From positions 20,580-84,579 of the forward strand of contig CAMUXV010000001.1 in assembly GCA_947164795.1 (NCBI GenBank): 64,000 nt of DNA, read 5' to 3'. The DNA comes from an uncultured Bacillales bacterium. GTDB lineage: Bacteria > Bacillota_I > Bacilli_A > RF39 > UBA660. Positions 40,594 through 51,870 of this stretch are shown piece by piece. The notes under the pieces are model-generated. The model had not been told where the DNA came from and did no database searches. It worked only from the letters and a program-made list of their open reading frames with translations. Every line of letters starts with the position of its first letter. Position 1 is the stretch's first letter. The translations under genes and the position numbers were made by a program.

Positions 40594-40911
40594 ATGAAGA
40601 GAGGAGATAAAATCGTGATAAATGAAAGTAAGAAAGATTATTTAAATGAGAAAGTAATACAATTAAGTATTTTAAAAAATATAGAGTATCAAAATCAAAT
40701 AATAAACTCTATTAATACAAGAATAAAATTTTATAGAACTTTGTTAAATCATCTAGAAGATTCTAAACCATTATTCTTTCAAAAGAAGAAGTTGATTGAG
40801 TATAGTAATAAAATAAAAGAATATAATGATAAGATAGATGCATTATATATTGAATTAGATGACGAACTGCTATCAGTAACTGACAATTGTAGTGATTATA
40901 TTATAATTTAA
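40594..40911 (+). CDS. small coiled-coil protein divergent from repressor (cro/antirepressor position; probable GTG start 40615)
   Basis: GAGGAG RBS inside annotated ORF 8 nt before in-frame GTG. Confidence 0.4.
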   Translation: MKRGDKIVINESKKDYLNEKVIQLSILKNIEYQNQIINSINTRIKFYRTLLNHLEDSKPLFFQKKKLIEYSNKIKEYNDKIDALYIELDDELLSVTDNCSDYIII

Positions 40912-41097
40912 TTGCTTATAAACAACACCTCAGTATTAATAAATGAATTGCGAATATAAAAACTGTATAGTTTCATATTGTCATTATTATTTCTTTATGA
41001 TAGAATCTTATTGTAAGAAAAAAGAAAAATTATATTAAGAAAAGAAATAATATTATTTTTTAAATATTTTATAATAATAAGTGGAAGAAGGGTTATA

Positions 41098-41559
41098 ATG
41101 AATAATTTAAAAATATTAAAACCAGAATTTGAAGTATATTATATAACTGAAGTTGGAAATTCTATTAAGGGAACGATAAATAATGTTCCTGATAATGCTT
41201 TTGGTGCTTTTATTGATATTTATTTACCTTATATGACAAAAGATAATAAAAACTATGCACTAGGTGAACATCATATGATTATGATAGGAACAAAATTATC
41301 TGTAAAACAGGCTTTAAAAATAACTAAAAACGATGATGCTAAAAGAAGGCTTACTTATTTAAATAAAAGAGTTGACGATATTATAGATGTAATATATCCA
41401 AATATTTTTTCTAATGATGATATTGCAATATCAAATGATTTTTATCCCTTTTATTCAAATTATGTTGTATGTAATTCAAATGAAATATTTAAAGAACAAT
41501 TAGATATGTCTTTTGTTCGATATAATGAATTGGTGGAAATAATTGATAAACTATCATAA
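41098..41559 (+). CDS. hypothetical protein (153 aa)
   Basis: ORF with no family. Confidence 0.4.
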   Translation: MNNLKILKPEFEVYYITEVGNSIKGTINNVPDNAFGAFIDIYLPYMTKDNKNYALGEHHMIMIGTKLSVKQALKITKNDDAKRRLTYLNKRVDDIIDVIYPNIFSNDDIAISNDFYPFYSNYVVCNSNEIFKEQLDMSFVRYNELVEIIDKLS

Positions 41560-41583
41560 TAAAAAATATTGAGGTGATGAGTA

Positions 41584-42846
41584 GTGAAAGAAAAAGTAAA
41601 AAATGAAAAACCGTTATATACAATTGAAAGTATTATTGATGGTGATGAATATAAAAAAATGGCTAGATATTTTCCTCAAATGTATTGGGCCTATGTTATA
41701 TACGGGACAATATTAAATTTGTTTTTTTCTTTGTTGATAGCAGTTTTCTCTGAAAGCCTAATTTTTACATTGATTTTTTTAGTACTTTATCAATCATACA
41801 TAATGATACTTTATAAAATCAGATTAGAGCACTATGCTGAAAAATCTTTTAATAGAATGGTAAAAAAAGGCAGAATAGATACAGAGGTCCATTCTGAATT
41901 TTATAATGACTTTTTTATAAGACAAAGTGAAACCGTAGCATATAAGATTAAATATATTGATATTGATAGATGTGTTGAAACTGATTCGAGTTTTTATTTA
42001 AAATATGGGAAAAAGAATATAATAATTATTATTCAAAAAAATGAATGTGATTTAGAATTAATTAATTTTATCCGAGAAAAATTTAATAATTTAGAAAAGC
42101 ATATTGGTGATAATTCCAATTTTAAAGGTGTAAAAAAATATAATAATCCTTCCTTTATTAAAAATTTTATGATTATATTATTTGCTTTAACAATATCAAG
42201 TTTATGGGGAGCACTATATTCAATGAACTTAGTTAGCGAAATAATACCACAACATGGATTTAATTTCACTAAAAATAATTGGGTATTCTGGTGTTGGTTA
42301 CCGATTCCAATACTTTCTATCATTCTTGGCTTTAAATATAAAAGTGCAGGTTTTAAATGTACAAAAAATGTAGTAAGTGGCTTTATAATAGGATTTTTAC
42401 TATTAATATATGGATCTTTTTGTTTGCTTCCAACATTTTCACAAGAGTATGATAAGATAAATGATTACAAAGATATAATAAATGCAAAAATACCAGAAAA
42501 GGGCGAACTTGAAATACAAAATTGGGGAACATATTTTGATGAGGATAAGACAAACTATACTATCATAAATGCCTACTATGACAAAGAAGATGTTGGTGAT
42601 TTAGTAAGTAGTATTAAAAATAACAATAATTGGATTTTAAGCAAAGAAATAAAATCCGAATTAAAGACTTTGATACCATCACAACTTAAATCTGATGATG
42701 ATGCATATTTTTCTATTTATAATAAAACTGCAAATAAATACAATTCCTTACCTGAAGAATCAGGTGAATATGAAGTATATGCCATGAAATATGATGAGTC
42801 TGATAAACATTTAGAAATACATAAGTTTAATTTATTGTATAAATAA
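41584..42846 (+). CDS. hypothetical polytopic membrane protein (420 aa; 2 TM + cytoplasmic module + 4 TM + C-terminal soluble domain)
   Basis: hydrophobicity pattern; RBS GAGGTGATGA. Confidence 0.5.
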   Translation: MKEKVKNEKPLYTIESIIDGDEYKKMARYFPQMYWAYVIYGTILNLFFSLLIAVFSESLIFTLIFLVLYQSYIMILYKIRLEHYAEKSFNRMVKKGRIDTEVHSEFYNDFFIRQSETVAYKIKYIDIDRCVETDSSFYLKYGKKNIIIIIQKNECDLELINFIREKFNNLEKHIGDNSNFKGVKKYNNPSFIKNFMIILFALTISSLWGALYSMNLVSEIIPQHGFNFTKNNWVFWCWLPIPILSIILGFKYKSAGFKCTKNVVSGFIIGFLLLIYGSFCLLPTFSQEYDKINDYKDIINAKIPEKGELEIQNWGTYFDEDKTNYTIINAYYDKEDVGDLVSSIKNNNNWILSKEIKSELKTLIPSQLKSDDDAYFSIYNKTANKYNSLPEESGEYEVYAMKYDESDKHLEIHKFNLLYK

Positions 42847-42877
42847 ATATAAATTATATATTAAGAAGGAGTATAAG

Positions 42878-43537
42878 ATGGTTAAAGAAAAACAAAATCC
42901 TAAAGAATGGGAAATAGGTGACACATTCTATTATCAAGCTAAGGATTATAATAAAGAATTAAATTGTAAGTATATAATTTTTATTAAATCAGGAATAGTT
43001 AATAATGCACCTCTATTTAGAGTAAAAGTGACTAAAGATAGTAAATTACCGCGGACAATAGAAGAATTAGAAAGTATAGATTATGCTAGAACTGGGCTTG
43101 TTATATGGGAAAGCAGATTTCTACCACTTGATGGAAATATACCAGATAGACAGTTAATACTTGAAAGAAATAAAGTTAAATTTTATCCTGATGAAAATGG
43201 ATTTTTATATATTTATCAAGTTTCAATAGATATAAAGTCTAAGAGAAGTATACCAAAGGAGTGGGGATATTTAGGTAAATTTGATTTATCTCTTCCAAAA
43301 GACGAATTTATCCCATTCAGTTTAGGAAATATTTGGGGATTTATATGGAACATTGGTAAAAATTGGTTTTTTGATAGACTTTTAATGTATAATAGCGAGA
43401 AAAAAGAATATATTGAACATGCTAAAAAAAGAAGAGTACAGGAAATTGGCGCTATGAAATTGATTTTATCTTATAATTCTAGAAACTCAAAAGAAGAAGT
43501 AGATGAACTAATGGATATTATAACTGCTGTTAAGTAA
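42878..43537 (+). CDS. hypothetical protein (219 aa)
   Basis: RBS AAGGAG; no family. Confidence 0.45.
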   Translation: MVKEKQNPKEWEIGDTFYYQAKDYNKELNCKYIIFIKSGIVNNAPLFRVKVTKDSKLPRTIEELESIDYARTGLVIWESRFLPLDGNIPDRQLILERNKVKFYPDENGFLYIYQVSIDIKSKRSIPKEWGYLGKFDLSLPKDEFIPFSLGNIWGFIWNIGKNWFFDRLLMYNSEKKEYIEHAKKRRVQEIGAMKLILSYNSRNSKEEVDELMDIITAVK

Positions 43538-43610
43538 ATTTTATATGGTATTATCTTTAAAGATAGTAAATTACTTTTGTTTTTGTAATTATGGAGAGGA
43601 GGATTAATTT

Positions 43611-44105
43611 ATGAAGAAAAGTAATGTGATTATAATTTGTATATTAGTAGTAATTATTATTTGTTTAATTGGAGGGCTATTTTATTTAAATAATTATTAT
43701 GTAAATCAAATAGATTATATATTCTATACAACAAAAGTAGATGAAACAAAAAGTAAGGAATATGATTGTAGTTTTACTAAAACATACAGGGTGGTAAATT
43801 TATTAGATGGTTATATTGATGAGGTTCCAGACTGGTCTTATATAATATTAGATCAATTTCAAAATCATAGTGCTATAGCTATTAGAATACCATCATTATT
43901 GAAAAATAAATTACAAGAAAACAAATATTATGAATTTACTTATACCATTAAAGGTAGTGATAAAATCATTAGCACGATGGAAGATATTAATAAATATTTA
44001 GTGTTAGATGAAAGTACTGCTGATTTAAAAGTAACATTAAATATAAAAGAAACGGACAAACAAGGATTAGAGCAGGTACAAGAAAATATATGTTTGCCTA
44101 AATAA
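43611..44105 (+). CDS. membrane-anchored protein sharing C-terminal domain with regulator 36714..37787
   Basis: N-terminal TM; C-terminal HSAIAIRI..YYEFTYTIK..NIKETDKQGLEQVQEN vs GDTAMVRI..NYEFTFINY..DIKETDRVGLEQVNES. Confidence 0.5.
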   Translation: MKKSNVIIICILVVIIICLIGGLFYLNNYYVNQIDYIFYTTKVDETKSKEYDCSFTKTYRVVNLLDGYIDEVPDWSYIILDQFQNHSAIAIRIPSLLKNKLQENKYYEFTYTIKGSDKIISTMEDINKYLVLDESTADLKVTLNIKETDKQGLEQVQENICLPK

Positions 44106-44117
44106 AGGAGAGATGAT

Positions 44118-44471
44118 ATGTATAATTTTTCTTTACTAAAAAATGAAAAAGTAATTGACGTGTTTGATGATATATGGGTTAGTCAAAATGAAAATGAGAA
44201 GATGACAACAGTGGCTTTAACAAATCAAAGATTATTATTTTTAGATTATAATAATAATGATCCACGAGATAATTTAAGAATTGGTAGAGGCATGGAATAC
44301 ATAAGATATAAAGAAGTTTATCATTCAATAATGTTGCAAGATATCAAAGATGTAACTGACGTTTATATTCTTAATTTAAAAAAAGGCTGTGATATTAAAT
44401 TTGATAATGAGGAATTATGTAATCTCATAAAAAAAGAAATCAAAAATGTTGCTAATGATAATGCTAGTTAA
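44118..44471 (+). CDS. hypothetical protein (117 aa)
   Basis: RBS AAGGAGAG; no family. Confidence 0.4.
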   Translation: MYNFSLLKNEKVIDVFDDIWVSQNENEKMTTVALTNQRLLFLDYNNNDPRDNLRIGRGMEYIRYKEVYHSIMLQDIKDVTDVYILNLKKGCDIKFDNEELCNLIKKEIKNVANDNAS

Positions 44472-44573
44472 ATAAGAAATAATGATTGAATAGAGAAATC
44501 TATTCTTTTTATTATTTAAAAGAGAAGAAATTATTGCGAAGATCAACAACAAAGAACAAAAGAAATAACAGAT

Positions 44574-44631
44574 TTGACAAGAACAAACATTTGTGCTATT
44601 ATAATTCTCATCTCAGTGAGGGGGAAAAGAA
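44574..44631 (+). promoter_or_regulatory. promoter cassette P1: TTGACA-17-TGCTATTAT with palindromic operator ACAAACATTTGT in spacer, AGGGGGAA RBS
   Basis: near-identical to cassettes at 45092 and 46080. Confidence 0.55.
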
Positions 44632-45042
44632 ATGAATAATAACATGGAATTTAAGATTAATTATGCAAATATGAGATCAATTATTTCTAACTATTTTAAG
44701 TCTCAAGGAAGAGATGTAACTGTTACTATTAGTTCTAACATTGACACAGATAGATTTAAGGGAACAGTTGACACAATAGTTACTGTGTACGAAAAAGTAA
44801 TTATTGCTGGTGTTGAAACAACTACAAAGAAAATACTTTGGCTTGATGATTTAAAGGAAATTATAAGCGAATCATTATCGCAAGAAAATAAAGAACTAAT
44901 TGACTTAACAAGTGATGCATATTCTTACACGTCAGTAGAAGGTGCATATATGGGAGAATATAGAGAAACTAAAATTGGTGGAAAGACTTTTACAGTCACT
45001 GTAAAAGAAAAACAAAATGTTAAAATGAAAGAATTAAAATAA
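44632..45042 (+). CDS. hypothetical protein (136 aa)
   Basis: ORF directly behind cassette P1. Confidence 0.45.
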   Translation: MNNNMEFKINYANMRSIISNYFKSQGRDVTVTISSNIDTDRFKGTVDTIVTVYEKVIIAGVETTTKKILWLDDLKEIISESLSQENKELIDLTSDAYSYTSVEGAYMGEYRETKIGGKTFTVTVKEKQNVKMKELK

Positions 45043-45091
45043 GCAAATGATTACAATTTATCATAATGTACAAAATATTAAAATTTTGTAT

Positions 45092-45144
45092 TTGGCAAAA
45101 CAAATATTTGTGCTATTATATGGCACGTTTTAGGGGGAATATAT
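45092..45144 (+). promoter_or_regulatory. promoter cassette P2: TTGGCA / perfect palindrome ACAAATATTTGT / TGCTATTAT / AGGGGGAA
   Basis: read from sequence. Confidence 0.55.
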
Positions 45145-45957
45145 ATGAATATGAATTATTTAGTTTTATGGATAGGAACAATTATTGGTAGTTTTGGAGC
45201 AGAATTAGTGAATGAACTTAGAATGTTTAAGGATATTGCGGATGCAGGATACAAAGTTGATTTGCAAAAAATGGCAGATTTTCAAAAAAAATTGATGCCT
45301 GATGCAAATAAGGTAAATCTTTTATCGATGTTGATACCTGTATATAACATTATGAATGTTTGCAAAAATATAATTAATTATAATAATGTTAGACCAATGC
45401 TATTAGATCAATTAAATGTAATGGGAGTGCTAGAAGAAATGTCTTCATATGAAAAAGAAGAATATTCAAAAAAACCAACTGCTTTAAATGCATTTATAAT
45501 TCCATTAAAGACAGAAATAAAACTTGCAAATGCTCTTAAATTAACAACAACTGATGATAATGGAACAAACATATATTATATTGATTACAATAAAAAGAAA
45601 GGTTTTACTTTGTTAAAGGTTGATGGTCCAGACTCTATGCTGCCTTTTGAGGAACAAGAGAAAAGAGCTAAGGAAAAGATGTATAATCTTGGTAAACATG
45701 TAAGAGATAATTATGGCACTGCTGAAAATTATTTAAAATCTCTTGATAATAATTCGAAAGAATTTCAAGAAGAAGGAAATATAGTTGTACCTACTAAAGC
45801 TGAGTTAAACAATGATGAAATAAAAGAAGAAACAAAACAAACTCAAATAGCAGTAGAACAAAAAGAAGAAGTTCAAGCAAATGAGTTAGAAGAAACGAAT
45901 ATAGAAGATAATACTATTCATAAACCATTAATAAGAACTAGAAAAATTAAAAGGTAA
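45145..45957 (+). CDS. hypothetical protein (270 aa), N-terminal hydrophobic helix, E/K-rich C-terminus
   Basis: ORF directly behind cassette P2. Confidence 0.45.
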   Translation: MNMNYLVLWIGTIIGSFGAELVNELRMFKDIADAGYKVDLQKMADFQKKLMPDANKVNLLSMLIPVYNIMNVCKNIINYNNVRPMLLDQLNVMGVLEEMSSYEKEEYSKKPTALNAFIIPLKTEIKLANALKLTTTDDNGTNIYYIDYNKKKGFTLLKVDGPDSMLPFEEQEKRAKEKMYNLGKHVRDNYGTAENYLKSLDNNSKEFQEEGNIVVPTKAELNNDEIKEETKQTQIAVEQKEEVQANELEETNIEDNTIHKPLIRTRKIKR

Positions 45958-46079
45958 TATCTAATACGGAAATATAGAAAAAACTATATTTCTTTTTTTA
46001 TAATTTTTTATCAAAAGAATATTATTAAAGAGTTTTAGATTATTTTAGTATAAGATTTTTGTTTAAAATTTTGTTTGAT

Positions 46080-46132
46080 TTGACAAAAGCAAACATTTGT
46101 GCTATTATATTTCTCGTTTAAGGGGGAATACT
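46080..46132 (+). promoter_or_regulatory. promoter cassette P3: TTGACA / GCAAACATTTGTGC / TATTAT / AAGGGGGAA
   Basis: read from sequence. Confidence 0.55.
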
Positions 46133-46960
46133 ATGTTTATTGAAAATCTTTATTTGGAAATAACAAGGAATTGTAATCTAGAATGTGAACATTGTTTAAG
46201 AGGAGATAGTAAGAATGAATATATGTCATCTCAAACAATAAATAATATTTTCAAAGATATAAAAGGAATTGATAGATTATTGCTAACTGGTGGAGAACCA
46301 TTGCTCGCCATTAACCAGATAAAGGAAATTATAAGTATAATTAAAACTAATAATATTAAAATTAATAGTATTATGTTAATAACTAATGGTACAATTTTAA
46401 ATGAAAATGTTATAGAAACATTAAAAGAGTTATCAAGTATTTCAGTTTTACACTTAAGATTGTCATATGATATGTTTCATTTTTTAGAATTAAATAGGTT
46501 GAAATTATTTGATATAAGAGTTAAAAATGCAATAGTTTTTAAAGAATTGTTTAATGCCTTAGATTATGCCAGTTTTGATGATACATCGTTTTCAAACAAA
46601 AAGGTTATTATGCCTATTGGTAGAGCTTTAAAACTATCTAGTGAAAGACTTGAGGAAATAAATAATATGTCTGATTCTAAATACTCATTATCTGAATATT
46701 GCGTTGAGAAAAATCCTTGGAGTTCGTTTAATGCTAGTTACAATTTATTTAATTATGTTGTAGATGGAACAATAAGTATAGATGTTAATAGTAATGTTGT
46801 TGCTTATAGTTTACCATTTGATGATGAAGATGCTGAAAAGTTGAAATACAATTCTAATATCAACGAAATAGGATTATCTCGAGCGATATTAAATTATATT
46901 GAATACTATGAAGAATTACGTGATCATATGTATAAAAGCTTAGGTTTAAGACTAAAGTGA
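46133..46960 (+). CDS. small radical-SAM protein (single CxxxCxxC cluster, no SPASM/twitch cysteines)
   Basis: LEITRNCNLECEHCL ... LLLTGGEPLL motifs; only one further Cys in protein; start at cassette-backed ATG 46133. Confidence 0.7.
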   Translation: MFIENLYLEITRNCNLECEHCLRGDSKNEYMSSQTINNIFKDIKGIDRLLLTGGEPLLAINQIKEIISIIKTNNIKINSIMLITNGTILNENVIETLKELSSISVLHLRLSYDMFHFLELNRLKLFDIRVKNAIVFKELFNALDYASFDDTSFSNKKVIMPIGRALKLSSERLEEINNMSDSKYSLSEYCVEKNPWSSFNASYNLFNYVVDGTISIDVNSNVVAYSLPFDDEDAEKLKYNSNINEIGLSRAILNYIEYYEELRDHMYKSLGLRLK

Positions 46961-47136
46961 TAATTATTTTTTAATAAATTTGTAAAAGTTTTAATAATAA
47001 TTATTTAAAATTTTAATTAATAACCAATAAATAAGCAAAAGGAAGAGTGAAAACTCTTCCTTTTGAAATACTTCTACCAAGTGTATAAATACACTTGCAA
47101 CAATCTAAAGTAACTTTATTATACCATTTTTAGTAG

Positions 47137-47955
47137 CTATGTCAATACTTTTTGACGATTTTCTTTAGATTTTGAATTGGAGTTTGTTTGTGTTTTTGTC
47201 ATTTTAATTTCTTCAAAAGCATAATATTTTTTGATTATTTTAAGGATTTCATCATTATCTTTTTTACTAATCGTGGCTATTTTATTATTAATAAAATATG
47301 GTTCTTTTATTCTATTGGCACTTATATTAATTAAGTTTTCTATTCTTGCAGTACCTAATTTTTCATCTTTCAAATCATGGTGAAAATAATAATTATCATC
47401 TTTATGCTTTGAAGTAAGTGGTATTGCAGTCCACATTTTTTTATTTGATGAACTTCTCCATAATATTGCAGGTCTTAATTTTCTAAGTTCATTACCAATA
47501 TTATATCCTAAATTAACCCAGCATATTGCACCAACTTTAAGATTAGTAAGTGTATTATCTTTATTTATTAATTCTAGCTTATCTTTACACCATTTATTAT
47601 ATGATATTCCATCTGGATCATTATTTGTATTATCTTTGACATATTTTAAAAAATTATCTTTTGATTTTAAAAGTATTTCATCAAATTCTTTATTAGTTAT
47701 TTTTAATGGTTTACCTTTTATATAAATACATCTTTTAATATTAGTTCTATTATAGTCATTTATTTCATTAAATGAGGCATATTTATTAATTGATTTAAGA
47801 TATATGCTATCTTTTCTATTATCATTATAAATAGATATCCCTACATAGTGATTTTGAGAAATATCATAGAGAATTAAAATCCATTGCACATTTTCATTTA
47901 TACTAACTTCATATACTTGTTTCCAATTAATTGTAAGCATATTTTTTATCACCAA
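47137..47955 (-). CDS. MazF/PemK-like toxin domain fused to ~135-aa N-terminal unknown domain
   Basis: KVGAICWVNLGYNIGNELRKLRPAILWRSS...WTAIPLTSKH aligns with PemK/MazF core (GdIvwvdfdP..G.E..k.RPavVvS..vcPiTs). Confidence 0.55.
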   Translation of the reverse strand: MVIKNMLTINWKQVYEVSINENVQWILILYDISQNHYVGISIYNDNRKDSIYLKSINKYASFNEINDYNRTNIKRCIYIKGKPLKITNKEFDEILLKSKDNFLKYVKDNTNNDPDGISYNKWCKDKLELINKDNTLTNLKVGAICWVNLGYNIGNELRKLRPAILWRSSSNKKMWTAIPLTSKHKDDNYYFHHDLKDEKLGTARIENLINISANRIKEPYFINNKIATISKKDNDEILKIIKKYYAFEEIKMTKTQTNSNSKSKENRQKVLT

Positions 47956-47982
47956 CTTTCTTAATTATTTATTATAGCAAAC

Positions 47983-49326
47983 TTATCTTTCAAAGTCATC
48001 CTCTTTTTCAATATAATTTTCATTTTGAATTGTATCTAAATCATTATCATCTATAATTTCTTCGTCATATAGTTCATTAATTAAATCATCATATTTATTT
48101 GAAGAGAAGAATTTATCTTGGAAGAACTCTATAAATCTTTTCCATAAATCTTTAAAATAATCTAATGCTTCTTGTAATTTAGATACTTTATCTTCTAACA
48201 TATCAATAGTATCATTAGCAAACTCTAATCTGTTTTCTAAATCTTCAATTCGCTCATCACGATTATAGATTTTTTTATTTAGTTCATTTACTTCGTTAGT
48301 ATGATTTTTTAAATCTTCTTCATATTTATTTAAAATAATAGTTACATCATTTGCTTCTCTTATATTTGAAGTAGTACTTTTAGTTTGCTTAACATATTCT
48401 TTTATTTCTTCAAGATTATCACTAGATATAGTATAGTTATTTTTATTAATTACTGTTGGTTTTAAGTTATCAACTAAATCATTAATATGATTAGATTTAT
48501 CTTCTAATTCAGTAACTTTATTATTTAATTCTTGTAATTTCTTTTTATGTATATCTTTTTCTCGTTTAAATTTTTTATATTCATTCATATTAGCAACATT
48601 AATATCAACATTTCTTCCTTCTTCTTTTGCTTTGAGTGAGTAATTTAAATTATAAATTTTATTAAAAGAATTAATACAATATTCTCTCATTTTATCTTGA
48701 ATATCTACTAGACTAACTTTAGTAAAGACATCTGATTTACCAACTTGTACTTGCATACCATTTTTTAGTCCTTCTTTAAATGGAACACCAACAATATGTA
48801 AATGAGGACTAGATTCATCAAAGTGTATGGTCGCATTTGCTACTTTAAAATTAGGAACAACTTTTTCTAAATCAATTATCTGCTGTTTATAAACTCCGAT
48901 CATTTTTTTCTTAAATTCATCATCTTTATCAGCCCAAAAATCCATATCTCCAAGTTCAATAATTATCTCACAAGCAAGATCTCTTTTATTATCATTTGAA
49001 ATATGATTAAAATAATTTTCTATCTTTCTGTCGTTTCTAGTTTGTTTATTATTATACTTTTCTTTAGCATCTTCAAATAATTCTAAATACAAGTTTTTAG
49101 TGTCTTCTACTAGAGATGATGTTCCTTTAATAGTGCATATTAATTCTTTCTCATCATCGTATTTTCTTAAATTATGTCTATCTACTTTTGATAACTGCTG
49201 GTGATTTTGAATAGCATTATTAGATAGTGATGTAGTATTTGTATTATTTGTTTTGGCTACCTTCCTTGCTTTTTTCGATTTGTTTTTATCATTACCTAAA
49301 TGTAATGAATATGATAATTCTTCCAT
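47983..49326 (-). CDS. mob: MobV-family (Pre/Mob) relaxase / plasmid recombination enzyme
   Basis: NATIHFDESSPHLHIVGVP matches MobV HxDE..PHxH motif; long coiled-coil C-terminus typical of MobM-like proteins. Confidence 0.7.
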   Translation of the reverse strand: MEELSYSLHLGNDKNKSKKARKVAKTNNTNTTSLSNNAIQNHQQLSKVDRHNLRKYDDEKELICTIKGTSSLVEDTKNLYLELFEDAKEKYNNKQTRNDRKIENYFNHISNDNKRDLACEIIIELGDMDFWADKDDEFKKKMIGVYKQQIIDLEKVVPNFKVANATIHFDESSPHLHIVGVPFKEGLKNGMQVQVGKSDVFTKVSLVDIQDKMREYCINSFNKIYNLNYSLKAKEEGRNVDINVANMNEYKKFKREKDIHKKKLQELNNKVTELEDKSNHINDLVDNLKPTVINKNNYTISSDNLEEIKEYVKQTKSTTSNIREANDVTIILNKYEEDLKNHTNEVNELNKKIYNRDERIEDLENRLEFANDTIDMLEDKVSKLQEALDYFKDLWKRFIEFFQDKFFSSNKYDDLINELYDEEIIDDNDLDTIQNENYIEKEDDFER

Positions 49327-49609
49327 ATTTTATTTACCCCCTTTAAGATAGAGTTTACTATATTTATATAGTAATTATTTTGTATGTCAAAATCTCTAAC
49401 CCCCTATATATTTTGACATTAACTAAAGTTATATCAAAATATGGGGGCTAAGGTTTAATCACCTTAGAAACCATATACTTTATTTCGTAATAACTATAAA
49501 TAGTTAAAACTACATAAAGCACTCGTAAAATACAAAGTACTACTTTATATTTTATCTAATGGAAAATTATGAAATAATTGCAAATTTCGTAAGCAATAAT
49601 TTAATAATT

Positions 49610-51631
<2,022 letters not shown>

Positions 51632-51643
51632 TTATTCTTATCT

Positions 51644-51700
51644 TCATCAAAAAAAGAGGCGACAAAGACTATGAAATTATGTCTTTGACACCTCTTAAAC
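51644..51700 (-). terminator. minus-strand rho-independent terminator (AAGAGGCGACAAAGAC..GTCTTTGACACCTCTT) between 91-aa ORF and recombinase
   Basis: 14-bp imperfect stem with A-run on plus strand side. Confidence 0.4.
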
Positions 51701-51870
51701 TTATTTCTATATAATACTTATTTAAACTTCGCTTCATATATCCCCCAAAATATAAAAATCGTTTTTCTTGGTTATTTATTATATATAGTTTTATTGAAAA
51801 GTCAAGACATAAGCCCATTTAAAGCCAAATTAGGCTTGTTTTCTGGAAGTTGGTATCATTATAGTTAACA

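Noticed and set aside
51644-51700. 43-bp imperfect inverted repeat upstream of the serine recombinase as a candidate att site
   Set aside because: It is preceded by an A-run on the plus strand (a T-run for minus-strand transcripts). It sits right after the 91-aa minus-strand ORF. It is more simply a rho-independent terminator.
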